From contig OX597817.1 in assembly GCA_951406725.2 (NCBI GenBank), positions 118,420,001-118,484,000 on the forward strand: a DNA stretch of 64,000 nt, given 5' to 3'. The stretch's first letter is position 1; the number at the start of each line of letters is the position of its first letter. Origin of the DNA: Octopus vulgaris. Its lineage: Eukaryota. Positions 12,976-27,198 of this stretch are shown piece by piece. The notes under the pieces were generated by a model. That model ran no database searches. It had not been told where the DNA came from and was given only the letters and a program-made list of their open reading frames with translations. The position numbers and the translations under genes are program-made.

Positions 12976-14575
12976 ATCTGGATATTTTGGAGTATGACAA
13001 AAGCTAGGAGAGTGAGATAAAGAAAAGTGTTATGCGAGAATACCTCAGGAAAACCAAATCAATTATGGAGAGTAGACTCAATGAAGAGATCAATTATGGA
13101 AAATAGACTCAATTCAGAGCAATAAATACATAGACTGTCATCTCCCTAATGTGATATGGCGCAGGTGTAGTTAGATGGAGAAAGTATGATGTTGAAGAAA
13201 TGTATAGAAAAATCAGGGAAGTGAAGACAAGAACAAGGAACTTCACCGTAAAATCGATTTCGATAGACTGTATGTCTCTAGAAATAAGGGATAAAGTAGT
13301 CCCATAGGATGCAAGATGTGTGATATCAATAGAGAAAATCGTCTGGATGGTACGTCAATCAGTAGGTTGAAACTTTGTTTATTGCTGTTAGAAACAGCAA
13401 CGCGGTAATTAGTGAAAATGAAACACACCCAAAAGAACTTAAGAAGTAAGATGGTGAAAAAAGATTGAACAAGTGGAAAGTGAAAGCGATGCATTAGAGA
13501 AATGGAAGGAAAAAACTAGACCAACACCTGGAGGTGGCTAAGGAGACGATATATGAAACGATGCGGCGAGCTGGCAGAAGCGTTAGCACACCGGGCGAAA
13601 TGCTTAACGGTATTTCGTCTACCATTACGTTCTGAGTTCAAATTCCGCCGAGGTCGAATTTGCCTTTCATCCTTTCAGGGTCGATTAAATAAGTACCAGT
13701 TACGCACTGGGGTCGATATAATCGACTTAATCCGTTTGTCTGTCCTTGTTTGTCCTCTCTGTGTTTAGCCCCTTGTGGGTAGTAAAGAAATAGATATATG
13801 AAACGATGCACTGAGGCATTGAAATGCAGCGCCCAGGAACAAGTTCTGAGAACTAATTACACCAAGTTCCAAACAGGTAAGAGTAGTGAATCGCTCAATT
13901 GCGTGATGTGTGGCAGCAAAAGCGAAAGTGTGTCACATATTGTAGTGAGTGTAATAAACTAATTCAAAAAGAATACAAAAAGGGGCATGATAACGTAATT
14001 AGGATCGTTTATTGGAGATTGTGTGAGAAGTAAGATCTTGAAAGGACATTGAAATGGTACGAGCATCAATCTGAAGGGGTCCCCGAGAATTATGAGTTTA
14101 AGATCTAGTCGTATTTCACAATCCACCGTGCTTCAGTGATTGATGCTTGGAAATCAGATATTGATGTAGTTGACAAAATGCTAAAGGAAGCCATGATCAT
14201 AGATATTAGCATACCTAGGAATGTACGAGTCAACGGTAGAGAACTGGAAAAGATTGAGAACTACAAGCCGCTAAATGATTGAGATTGCATGTATATAGAC
14301 AATGTAAAAAGTAATTATCATGCCAGTATTTGTAGGGGCACTGGGAGTATTAAAAACCAGGTTTCAGAACTTTGTTAGAGAAATTGGGATTGACATAAGA
14401 TTATAAAATGTTCAGAAAACTGTTTTATTGGCGAAAGCGTAGATTGTAACATTTGTACATGGATGTTAATTACCGTGGAAAGAGACACTGTGTGGCTCTT
14501 GACAACAAGTCGTCCGTTCTTACAGAACTACCCGGAGCAAATGAAACCGAGAGTTCTGATAAGTGACATCAGCTA
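12976..14575 (+). pseudogene. Decayed R4/Dong-type LINE (RT C-terminus, CCHC, RLE), interrupted by a SINE
   Basis: Residual frames YLDILEYDK, EYLRKTKSIMESRLN, DRLYVSRNKG, QEQVLRTNY, CVMCGSKSESVSHIV, HDNV, SDIDVVDK..IIDISIP; flanked by ATT/AAT repeats. Confidence 0.8.
13565..13792 (+). mobile_element. Full-length SINE family B with a 15-17 bp target-site duplication
   Basis: TSD gatatatgaaacgatgc at 13548-13564 and 13793-13809; A-box-like ctggcagaagcg and B box gagttcaaattcc. Confidence 0.92.
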
Positions 14576-14593
14576 CAATAACAACAACAAAGC

Positions 14594-14624
<31 letters not shown>

Positions 14625-14634
14625 GTAATAATAT

Positions 14635-14845
14635 TTTCTACTATAAGCACAAGGCCTGACATTTTTGGAGAAGGGCACATCGATTACGTTGACCCCCAGT
14701 ACTCAATTGATACTTAATTTATCGACCCCTAAAAGAATGAAAGACAAAGTCGACCCCGGTTGACTTTGTACCCAGGACGGAGAGACGGACAAAATGCCGT
14801 TAGACATTTTGCTCAACGTAGTAAGCATTTTGCTAGCACACTGTC
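14635..14845 (-). mobile_element. SINE family B
   Basis: cacaaggcctga...gacccccagtactcaattgatacttaatttatcgacccc..aaagtcgacc. Confidence 0.75.
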
Positions 14846-14860
14846 GTATAAATAAAAATA

Positions 14861-14987
14861 AAGAAGAAGAAGAAGAAGAAGAAGAAGAAGAAGAAGAAGA
14901 AGAAGAAGAAGAAGAAGAAGAAGAAGAAGAAGAAGAAGAAGAAGAAGAAGAAGAAGAAGAAGAAGAAGAAGAAGAAGAAGAAGAAGA
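14861..14987. repeat. (GAA)n microsatellite
   Basis: Seen directly; another array at 25447-25547. Confidence 0.95.
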
Positions 14988-15756
14988 TATTTATTATTAG
15001 CAGAAAGCAAGACCTTTGTGAGGACAAGAACAGTCTATTATATCGCACTAAGTACAGAAGTCATGTTATCGGACCAGAAAGAATGAAAGGGCAGATTTGT
15101 CCACGTCAGGATTTGAAAGTAAGAAAGATGTAACAGAATGGCACAAAACAATTTGACAACTGCTCCGCTGATTCAATCAAAAAGATAGATAGTGTTGTAA
15201 TCTATTTTCATTTTATTTTCACTGTGTCTAAAAATAGTGAAGTTTAACTTTCTCATGATATCAATCGCTATCTTCATTTGTACAAAGAGAACCTTACACA
15301 TTTATTATAACAAACGTGATGTCAGCCGCTATCTCCATTTGTACAAAGAAACCTGCAAGCATTTGTAACACCAAACGTCTGTTACCTCATTCATCTTATT
15401 AAGTAAGATAAACTGTTAAAGTGTACAGTTCAATGTTGTATGCAGCAGAGACAGCATTGTTGTTTAACGAATATTTTCTGAATGGCAACGGAAAAACCTG
15501 TGTCACGTCATAGACGTGCTGTAAAGAGAACAAACTAACAACAACAACAACAACAACAGCAGCAACCAGGAAAAAAGCGGCATGTAATCGATGCGGTCTC
15601 CAGCAATTTTTAATTCATTAGGGAAAATGTGCCAGCACAACACCAAATAGGCGAATACAACTTGACAATGTGACGAAGATTTTACGTATGTATGTATATG
15701 AGTAGATATTACAGAGATATAGATCGATAGATAGATGGATAGATAGATAGATAGAT

Positions 15757-15808
<52 letters not shown>

Positions 15809-16008
15809 TATAGATAGATAGGTAGACTGATAGATAGAATATATACATATATATGTATATATATATATATATATACATATATTTAGAGAGAGATCAATGT
15901 ATGTATATATATATACACATACATGTATATGATATATATATATATATATATATTCTGATACATATAAAATCATATACATACATGCATATTTAGATATATA
16001 TATACATA

Positions 16009-16055
<47 letters not shown>

Positions 16056-16099
16056 TATATATATATGTATATATACATATACGTATATATTCTATATAT

Positions 16100-16141
<42 letters not shown>

Positions 16142-16180
16142 GCATATACATATATATATCTATGTGTGTGTGTGTATGTT

Positions 16181-16255
16181 TGCCAGGTGGTACTATTAAG
16201 TTAGACATGGTTTGAGCCAATACTGGGCAAAACCCTTCTTAGTTATTCTAAGTTA
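16181..16255 (+). mobile_element. Isolated 3' terminus of the CR1-group LINE, opposite orientation to the long copy
   Basis: caggtggtactattaagttagacatgg...tctaagttatat matches the reverse complement of 16436-16510. Confidence 0.8.
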
Positions 16256-16344
16256 TATGTGTATATATATATATATAGATATATGTATGTATATATATAT
16301 ATATGTGTGTATGTATATATATATATATAAATATATATATAGAT

Positions 16345-16398
<54 letters not shown>

Positions 16399-16435
16399 TA
16401 GATAGATAGATAGATATATATATATATATACATAT

Positions 16436-18420
16436 ATAACTTAGATAAAACTTATATATATTTGACCAAAGATTGGTCCAGGCCATGTCTAACTTAATAG
16501 CACCACCTGATAGGATTATTCGAATCCTGTTTAAGTCAAGTTTTGTTTATGGTCCATTCAAGTAGTGAGTTCTTGTTGGGTTAGTTGTATCCAATTATGG
16601 GTGGCTTGTCTGGTATTCTTTGAAAGAATCTATCCAGACTCCGTTTAAAGTTGATGGGATCCTTTTCTTCTTTGATCTCCCTCGGGACAATGTTAAATAG
16701 GGCAGGGCCTGTTGAGGAAAAGAAATTATGTTGCAGTGTACATGTATGCTGTGATCTTGAATTGGGCAGGGGACGTATGGCCCGTGGTCCCAGTCTTGGA
16801 TGAACCTTGAAGCTATTGTTAAGGTCGTTTGGGCAAAGTTGGCGGTATATTCTCCACATCGTACAAATGAGGTACCGCTCACGGCGACGCTGGAGGGAGT
16901 AAAGTTTCAAGGCTTTAAGGAGATCCCAATAATCGAGAGCAGCCATGCCTTCAATTCGTTTAGTGAGTGCCGTCTGGGGTGACTCAATCCTGGAGATGTT
17001 TTGTCTTGTATGGGGAGACCACAGTCGGCAGCAATATTCGAGGTGTGGCCGTACAAAGGAGGAGAAAAGTGGTATGGTGACACCTTGTTCTCTGGACCAG
17101 AAAGTTCTTAAGAACCAGGAACTCATCCTACGAGCTATATCGACCATCTTGTTGATGTGTGCACTCCAACTGAGATCGTCATCAACAGTTGCACCCAGGT
17201 CTCTGATGTTGTTAGAGGCTGTGAGCGGTTCCCCTGAAGGAAGAGAGTATGGCTGTTTTAGTGAGGAATTTCTTCCAAAATGCATCAGCTCAAATTTTCC
17301 CTCATTCAGTTGCATTTTGTTTCTGTCTGCCCATTGACTCACAGCATATAGATCAGATTAGAGTTGAGTTCTGTCTGCTTCTTCATTGACGATTTGCTGG
17401 AGCTTAGTGTCATCAGCAAATATTTTCACTTTGCAGTAATGTACGACACTGGAAAGGTCGTTTATGTAAATTATGAAAAGTAGCGGACCCAAGACTTTTG
17501 CTGGGCTTGAGTGGACTCCATCAACTATAACATGTTCTGTTCTATTCGCCAGGAAATATTTAATCCAGTGTAGAAATTTTCCACGGATTCCAACATTTGC
17601 CAATTTTGAGAGTAGGATATTATGGTCTACCCTGTCGAACGCTTTACTGAAGTCAAGATATATGACGTCAGAGTTCGAACCTGTTCCCAAGGCTTTGAGT
17701 ACATCTTCAATGTGGTGTAAGAGCTGTGTTAGACAGTCCCTGCCACAGCGAAAGCCATACTGATTTGCATTTAGGAGTTTGTGGGTCTCAAGGAAGTCAG
17801 CTATCCTTGATCTTAACACTCTTTCAAACACTTAAATGTTGTAAGAGGTGAGTGAGATTGGGCGATAGTTGACTGCGAGGGATCTGTTTCCCTGTTTGAA
17901 AACCGGGATGACCGATTGGGATAGAAACTGTTTCGGTATATAACCTGCGTCTAACGAATTTCTCCAGAGGTTGGTCAGAGGGACTGCAAGTTGGTGTCTA
18001 CATTCCTTCAGGAGACTAGCGGGGAATCTATCAGGGCCTACAGCAGAGTAGTATTTGACCTCAATTATTGCTGCTACGATGTCAGTGGCAGTGAAGGTTA
18101 TGTCTGAGATTTTATGTTGGGAGTCAACTTCGTTCGCTTCTCTTACGTCAATATCAGTGGGAACTCTAAAGAAGGAGCAGTATTGTTTCTGCAGTATTTC
18201 TGCCATTTCTTTAGCATCGTGTTGGGGAATGCCGTTATCATCAATCAATGGCCCAATGGGTGAGACAGTGGTTCTATGCTTATTTGCATAAGACTAGAAC
18301 AGTTTTGGGTTCTGTTTGATGTTTTTGATTACCCACTGTTCCTCCACAGCTCTTTCATTTTCAATGGAGGTTTTGATGTCGGTCTGCAGATAAAGTTTTT
18401 CCAGCTCTAGCCTTTTCATT
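16436..18420 (-). pseudogene. 5'-truncated CR1-group LINE (RT, C-terminus, 3' UTR)
   Basis: ORFs 17832-18248, 17358-17831 and 16581-17342: NYRPISLTS, QYGFR, YLDFSKAFDRVDH, LGPLLFIIYINDL, FADDTKL, VRPHLEYC, LYSLQRRRERY; the GVPQGS motif is deleted; stops and frameshifts. Confidence 0.92.
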
Positions 18421-18765
18421 GTTGTTGAATGTGGATGTTGTGTGTGGGAATATTTTAATATGTATTTTATATATATATAAACGGCCACACTCAAGTGTAT
18501 ACATGTGTCTGGGTAAATGAGAGCTTTGAAAAGTAAATAATATTAACTTAAATGAGCTACCCTATGCCGTGTAGCTATTATATAGGATATATTTTATATT
18601 TTACGACGGAAAGTGTTCAATACATAGTCAAGCGTATACCTTCTTATTTATGTCTACAAAGCAGAAGTTTTGTAACATATTTTGTAACGCTGTGTGGCGT
18701 CGAAATACGTTCAAGTCAGTGTTCGGCTTCGACTCAATACATAAACATGCATTAACACACAGGCA

Positions 18766-18805
<40 letters not shown>

Positions 18806-19013
18806 TACACACATAGACATGTACACACGCACGCACAGGAAAACATGTTTACGTGTGTGTGTTTGTGCGTATTTGTGCGAGTGTGTGCTTGTGTTTCTCA
18901 GTCTGTCTGTCTGTATGTCTGTATGTCTGTCTATGTCTGTGTCTGTTATTACGTCTAGTAAACATTAAGAATTTAAATATGAAAATAAACCATACTTCAA
19001 GTGCATTGTAATA

Positions 19014-19154
19014 TTAGGTCGTCCCAAAAGTTCGTAAACACTTGCGAAAATTGAATTTTTACTCGCCAAGTAAAAACAAAAACAACAAAAATTATTCCTC
19101 AAAATAAAGACCATTATTTTCCAAGACTTTCTACGAACTTTTGGGACAACCTTA
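19014..19154. mobile_element. Tc1/mariner-type MITE (141 bp) with ~23-bp TIRs and TA flanks
   Basis: TA-ttaggtcgtcccaaaagttcgta ... tacgaacttttgggacaacctta-TA. Confidence 0.85.
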
Positions 19155-19590
19155 TAATTACTGTGTCAAATATCCTATAGGTCTAAGGTATGAAATTTCA
19201 ATGGTGGCAATATAATAATTGAAATTTGAAAATATTTTGTGAACTAAAGGTGACAACAGAAACTCTAAGATTTTAGATATTGCTTCAAATTTCATTACAC
19301 TACCATAGATATATGTATGCATATAATATGTAAGTATGTTTATGTAGATAAATAAATAGATATATATATACATATGTAAATAGATATGTCTGCGTGTATA
19401 TGTGAATATATATATATATATATATATACATACATGTATATATGCATGTATATATATGCGAATATATGTATGTATATATATACACATACATACATAGATA
19501 CATGTGTGTGTGAGTACATACAAATATATTTATTTACGTATGTGCGTGTATTTGCACATATGTGTACATGCATACTTATATTTATGTAGG

Positions 19591-19629
<39 letters not shown>

Positions 19630-19740
19630 GCATGCACCCATCAGTTTTTGGTGTGTGTGTCTAAGTATATACCTATATTTAATATACTCTGATGTACAAA
19701 ACACACACATATATATACAAACATACACACACATGCGCAC

Positions 19741-19775
<35 letters not shown>

Positions 19776-19973
19776 TGCATATATATATATGTATGTATGT
19801 ATATACTGTATATATATAGTGACCTTGGTACCTTGATCATTCACCTACAGCATTTGACGGCAAACATGCAAATAGAAAAGTACTCAATGTCTTTGAAAGC
19901 AGTGAGTTTTAGTTTATATGTCACATTTGCTTACAACTACAATATATTTCATCTGAAGAACAATAAAACTGCT

Positions 19974-20005
<32 letters not shown>

Positions 20006-20955
20006 CATATATATACTCAGTGACAGAGGCATTATACATACACCTACAGATAAATTCATTAAAATATACGTAAACTTGTTCTTAAACACACACACACACA
20101 TTTACGTACTTACGTATTTGCAGATGTTATTTCTTGCATATATACATACACTTATATATGTGTGTATCTGTAAAGATAATTATAGCTGTGCGGTCACAAC
20201 CACGTCCTAGAGTCTAAGTTTATATTTATATATAACGGATCTACTTACCTTTACTTTTATAGTCAGATTCTCACGTACGCAAAACAACTGAAACGTAAAG
20301 ACAAACATAAATTCATTCAAACGCGGAGCTAATCTTATTAAAATTTATATATAGATGTTAGTATCTAAAAATGAATTAATACCAAACTAAAATACTTATA
20401 CGTATATTCATGTTGAATGAGCACCCGTGTATAGTATCTACGTAAGGTAAAGCAAAAAATATATGTATATAATCTTTGTCAGCCATGAAATCGCTGTAAA
20501 AATAATCATTCTAAACAGTACGATAAGAAGGAATAAAGAAGCACTAGTACGTTTTAATTTCTGTGCAAGTCTATATATTGATTCACAACAAAAGTTTTTT
20601 TACTGATTCGGTGACCTTAGACAGTGATGTCGCTAACCTTTTCTGCAAATATGCATCGTAAGAAAAGATAAAATAGAGATACAGCGTTCGAATTTTAAAC
20701 ATCTTCGCAGTTTTCTTGCCAGCATGCGTGGCATTCAGTTACGCAATAAATGATATATACATTAAATAAACAACGATAGCTACAAAAGCATACTCGTATG
20801 AAGGACACAGAAGGACCCTAATTCTTCATAAGTTATCGACCGAATGGCAGTACTCACTTTCATGCGTCCGTTGATAATCGATGGAAAATTAGGTTCCTTC
20901 TGTTTCTGTCCTACGTTGACGTTTTTTTACTTATTGTTATTTAATGCATTCTTCC

Positions 20956-21045
<90 letters not shown>

Positions 21046-22399
21046 CATGTATGTATATATGTAAGTATGTATAATTGTTAAACAGGACGTCAAACATTAA
21101 GGCAAAGCAAACATCTCATGTCATATACAATATTATTACAGGAAGAAATTCAAAATCTTATACCTGTTTCTTGGACTTCCCTGAGAATGTGATATTCCGT
21201 CATCTGAGACAAATTGAGGAAAAAATATGGAAAATGAGAATGGTATATATCCATAAGATGATAACATAGGGGAAGGGAATGAAAATAATAAGGAGATGGA
21301 AAGAGAGAGGAGAAAAGAAGCATAAAAGTTCATAGTTCAACTTTCCGAAGTTCTAGAACCCAACGCATGAGTCCTTAGGTGCAATCCTGCGTAGATTCAT
21401 GAGCCTAAGTCTTTAAATGCAATCCTGCGCATATCAATGTGGGTTAAAATATTGATATATTAGACGCGAACATATCAACGTTCAATAAAAGAATGGTAGC
21501 GGACGTGGCTGTTAATTGGTAAAAGTAAAGAGGATTTAATATATCTAAGAGTCCTTGTGAAATGTTGTCTAGTTACCATTAGGAATCTTACATGTACGTT
21601 AGTGGAAATTTCTAAGTTCGGTTGGGAACTGAAGCGAATTACCCTACTACATCCAAATTTTATGGTTGTGTTTCGGGTTAGGAGATGTTTTATATGCACT
21701 ATCTAAACATGATAATCATCTCTTGTGCGCCCTCTTCCAAATTTGTTTGCCGCACACAGATGATAGATTTTTCTGGTGATGAATGTACCTAGATTCTTCT
21801 TAGAGCAGAAAAACTATTGAATTTTCTATGAATATTTATATATGAGTGGCATTTATCTGTCTCACTCCTAAGTATTATACTCAGGAAGTCAACCATTGTG
21901 AAGCTGGTCTTAACAGTCAAATTTAGGCCAAATACTTTTACGATATTTATAAAATTCTTCCACAACCGAGGAGTAGCAATCTTATAGTCACAATCTTAAG
22001 TCACTATATGTGAATGAGGAAGTATGATATACGGTGACATATGAAAAACATAGAATTCAAATGCATTAAATTTCGTTTTGCATAATGCTTGAATCATAGA
22101 AATCCATATTAAGATTTAAAATAATAAATAGTAGCATTAAAATTTAAATTATGGATATATTTCATAGTTAAAGGGAAAATAATGTTAGGTGAGAGTGAAA
22201 ATGATTTGGAGAGTATCGATAAAAGGAGAAAATGTAGTGTCATCACATTTACAATGACGGGGAGACCGGAGAGACACTTGAAATTAAAATAAATCCATAT
22301 GTTGAATTGTATATATTTGTGAATATTTGTATGTGTTTTTATTTATGTATGTATATATATATATATATATGTATGTAGGTAGGTATGTATGTATATATA

Positions 22400-22453
<54 letters not shown>

Positions 22454-22814
22454 CGTATATATATATATATATACATTAAATAAACAACGATATATACACA
22501 TATATACATATATACATATGTCTGTATGTATGTTTGCCTGTATTAGGTATGTAGGTATGTATGTATGTATGTATGTATGTATGTATGTATGTATGTATGT
22601 ATAACGTATAATAACTACGGAATGCATTTCATACCATTTGCTTCTTATACATGTTTAGTCGTTGTAGCTAACTGTATCCTCTGCAAGCGAGGGTGATTTT
22701 ATAATACAATGGTGATGAGTGTGGTTCTTCAGAGAACTATTTACTACATAATGTTGACGCAAAATAAATGCTTGCAATTGGATTGGATAGATGGTAAGTC
22801 ATATGAATTACTCA

Positions 22815-22866
<52 letters not shown>

Positions 22867-22870
22867 GTGT

Positions 22871-22910
<40 letters not shown>

Positions 22911-23716
22911 TCCATCTGTTGACAAGCGCCACTTGCATTCAATGAAATCATATCATTGCATATATATTTTTTCGCTCAAAATTTTTGGTTTTCTCTTTTA
23001 CTAAGGCCTACCGCCTTGGCATATCGCTTTGTTCAAAAATATTCCTTTTGGTATAACTATGAAATATTTACAGATATAATTGCAAACTGTTATTCTCCGT
23101 ACGTTAATTTTAAATTCTATTTTCAATATCGATTTCCATCAGTCGAGCACTTGAAGTTTATGTATTCGTTTGTAGATGTTTCGGACCTACTTTGGACTAT
23201 ATAAAACGTCATACACAAATACGAGCTTCTTTGCAATTTTGCCGACAAAAGCATCGCGTTGATATACATTTATATCTACGTAGATCCGACGGTCATAAAT
23301 ACAATATGCCCGGAGATATAACACACTAACACTCACTCATTCACTCATTCATTCACTCATTTACACACACACATATATTTTAATACTTGAAATCTGTTTT
23401 CGCATTATATGTGCGTATGTGTGCGTCATAAAAAAAGAGATGCATCTAGTAATATTTAAATAACAAAAATACATGTAATAAAAAATACAATAAAATAATA
23501 AAAATATAGTGAATATGCATGTACATATATGTATGTGTGTGTGTATGTGTGTCTCTATTTATATACACGCGTATATATATATTATACATACATACATACA
23601 TACACATACATACATGTACACATACATACATACGTACATACACACACATACATAAATACATACATACATACATACATACATACATACATACATACATACA
23701 TACATACATACATACA

Positions 23717-23748
<32 letters not shown>

Positions 23749-25444
23749 CAAATACATACGTACATAATGGCACTCTCACAATTGGCATTTCTATTATAGA
23801 CAGTTATATGTTTGGCCACTTTGATTTCGATTTTTTATTCTTTTCGCACGCTTTATTGTGCGTTATAGCAATGCATTGATGTTCAGTCGTACGGCAGACG
23901 TTTGATGAAATGAAGGTATTAGTAATGTTTTATGAATTTCCTTTTGTTGGCGTGATGTGGATTGTCAGAATATAAAGTAATAATTTATTACTACACTTAC
24001 TGAACACCAAACCCCGATATAAAATATTATCAATTTTATTTCTAAAGGGAATTGGAGGAACAATTGTTAAGCTAGTCTCTATCTCATTAATGCCTAATGT
24101 ATATTCATAAAATAATTTATGAAGTAGAATACCGTTAAATGGAATATCACGCATCATGACTGCTTAACAACAGTGAGGCATATGAAAGCATTCTCAACGA
24201 ATGTAATTTATTAATATGTCTAAATCATATTTAGTCATGGTGCAAAATATTTCGAATAACCCCGCAGAAATGTCGTAATTCATTTCTACTCGGTGCTATT
24301 GAAATAAATTCATTTTAAGAAGTGCAAAATATTAGTGTAGTTACCCACCACCAGTACCACCAGAATCACCACCACCAAAAAGAATTCTGGTTTTCTGTTC
24401 TTGAATCATCCACGTTTTGTTTGTCCCTATCACAGGCCTCTTCCTCGCTCAGACTCTCTCTTACGCCATGAGACATACATGTACAATTATTTATTGATGA
24501 ATTGACTACAAGGAACGAATTCCTAGAGAATGACACTCTTGCAGACAACCAAAGATGTTGATCAATATCATTTTCATATCTGAGCAAATCTTCTATACTT
24601 TACGGTCGCAACGAGGGTCGTTGTATGCATCTAGGCTTTGCTACCTGTTATGTTACTTTTCAGAAAGTTTCCATCATTATTCAACCGATGAACCATCGTC
24701 TAAGGGGTTGTAATTTTGGTTTTCTTATTCTTCAGCATAATTTCTTCAGCAACATTTATGCTAACATTTATCAGCAGAGAAATTTGCACCGTAGATCAAT
24801 GTGTATCAACCTGTCACAGATACTTTCTACTTCACTGACATTTAGACTCTCAGAGATCACAACCCGCATATATTTTAAGTGATCGTTTTCTTAAGCAATC
24901 GTACATATTTGGATTTTTCTCAGAGAATGGACTTCCCGATTTTAAACGCTGGTTCTCCTTTTGATAGTGCATGTAGACCAAACAATCCTACCCATACTCC
25001 TGTTGCAATGCATGAAAGGTGACTACTTTCCGAATGTAAAACAGACACTCAGTTCTTTGAAATAACACGTTGTTTCACTTGTAGCAACTGTTTCACTTTT
25101 AGCTAATGACCATGTGCACTAAACATACGTTCACACTAGATTCATGATTAACTAACGTATTGTCAAATAACTTTTATTAATTTGAGGGGCAAAGTTACTG
25201 AGGAGTAGTACTGCAGTCATGAGCATACTGCATTAGCTCTGTTGGCGGGCGGTTTTCCAAAACTCGGTTTCAGTTTCGACACACATTGTAGTATATTTCA
25301 GAATGTATTATTACAAGTATGCCGTTTCAATTTTGTGGAGTTAGTAGGGTGGAAAAAATTTAAATACAATTCCTCGAATATCAACTGGCAATATAGATTA
25401 ACCTTCATTCGCTCGATAATAATGATCAATATGGAAATGATAAC

Positions 25445-25475
<31 letters not shown>

Positions 25476-26080
25476 AAGAAGAAGAAGAAGAAGAAGAAGA
25501 AGAAGAAGAAGAAGAAGAAGAAGAAGAAGAAGAAGAAGAAGAAGAAGAGCGTAAACGAGGAGAAGGAGGAGCAAGAGGAGGTAGTGGAGATGAAGGCTAA
25601 TACGAATGAAAATTTCATATATATTCATCATTAAAGACACCATAAAATGACGTAACAAACCATTGAAGTTGTACGAAATACTTGCTGACTGATAATAAAT
25701 TATTCATGCAGTATTTTTATTATTCTGTAAAAGTTTCATTACAGGCTTGCTGACTTATTTACTTATGAATATATCTATATACAGTATAATTTATTATCTA
25801 GACATTTAAGAACAGATCAAGTTCAGTTTTCAATATGCATACATACGTACTTACGTACACACATACACACACATAATATATATATATATACACACATACT
25901 TACGTACACACACGCGCGCGCGCATACATATAGATACAGATATAGATATACACACATCTTAAACATATACAGTATATGGATAAATATATATGTATATATA
26001 TATAAATATGCATCTATGTATGTCTCATATGTAAGTATATATGTGTGCATATATCTTTATAACATATATAGACACATGTG

Positions 26081-26139
<59 letters not shown>

Positions 26140-26179
26140 GTAAATATATATATATCTATCTATCTATATATATATATAT

Positions 26180-26638
26180 ATGTTTCTGGATTATAAACAT
26201 ATTGAATATATATTCCATATATTTGGTATATATTTCATATATATTGCATATATATTTCACATCCTTCTTCGGCACAGCTTTCCATTGAAAAATATTTATC
26301 ATAGATTTATCAAATGCTACGTACCTCAAACCTTCTGACCATGCGACATCAAAATATTTGAAGAAAGTGAGCAAAGGCTAAACCTACATAGACGTTTGAA
26401 TTCATAAATCTTCCCTCCAAAATCTTGCCATGCGCATTACAGTTAGGTTGTCAAAGGGAGTGAAAAATCCAAATAGTAATATAATGATAAGGTACGTAGC
26501 ATTTGATAAATCTATGATAAATCTTTTTCAATGGAAAGCTGTGCTGAAGAAGGATGTGAAATATATATGCAATATATATGAAATATATACCAAAAATATA
26601 TGGAATATATATTCAATATGTTTATAATCCAGAAACAT
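26180..26638. repeat. Near-perfect ~147-bp inverted repeat (26180-26326 / 26490-26638) with a 163-bp spacer; Penelope-style inverted pLTR
   Basis: Arms are reverse complements with a few mismatches; the right arm carries most of a hammerhead motif. Confidence 0.9.
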
Positions 26639-26649
26639 GATGTTCACAG
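26539..26649 (+). ncRNA. Minimal hammerhead ribozyme motif with a long AT-rich stem-II insert
   Basis: ctgtg-CTGAAGA-a-ggat...(~70 nt)...atcc-a-GAAA-ca-tga-tg-T-T-cacag; stem I ctgtg/cacag perfect; the stem II junction has an A.A mismatch. Confidence 0.7.
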
Positions 26650-26947
26650 ATAACCGCCAGACTTCGTATTCGTTATCTATTCCTTCTGTTTTGCATATGT
26701 GAATTACAGGGTCTGTCATGCCCGGAGTCCAACTTTGATAGAAATAAGCATTCTTGACTGCTATTTCTATTTTTTCGGTATGCGGTCAAGCAACCTGTTT
26801 TGCCTGCCCCTTTTTCTTATATACAATATATATACTGAACTTTACAGAAGTTCCTGCCGGTAATGGGCTATATTTACATACCGAATTCTACCAGTAAATA
26901 ATTGGGGTTTTTTAAAAGCCTTTATAGAAATTATTTACTCTTATCAT

Positions 26948-27000
<53 letters not shown>

Positions 27001-27012
27001 GTATATATATGC

Positions 27013-27124
<112 letters not shown>

Positions 27125-27156
27125 TAGGAAATGGAATGTGTAATAGACTTTATTAG

Positions 27157-27198
27157 GTACAACACACGTTGCGACCCGTTCTGGGTCTCTTCAGGTAC
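27157..27198 (-). ncRNA. Minimal hammerhead ribozyme motif (A13>C) followed by AATAAA
   Basis: Minus strand gtac-CTGAAGA-gaccc-agaac-gggtc-GCAA-c-gtgt-g-T-T-gtac-ct-aataaa, then (TA)n. Confidence 0.7.

Noticed and set aside
15256-15380. Two diverged ~61-bp tandem units (similar small duplications near 7338, 13058 and 21367)
   Set aside because: Ordinary local tandem duplications with no further structure
21155-21210. Minus-strand CAGATGA...GAAACAGGTA hammerhead-like pattern
   Set aside because: Core mutated and stems I and II pair poorly; may be a relic but is not supportable
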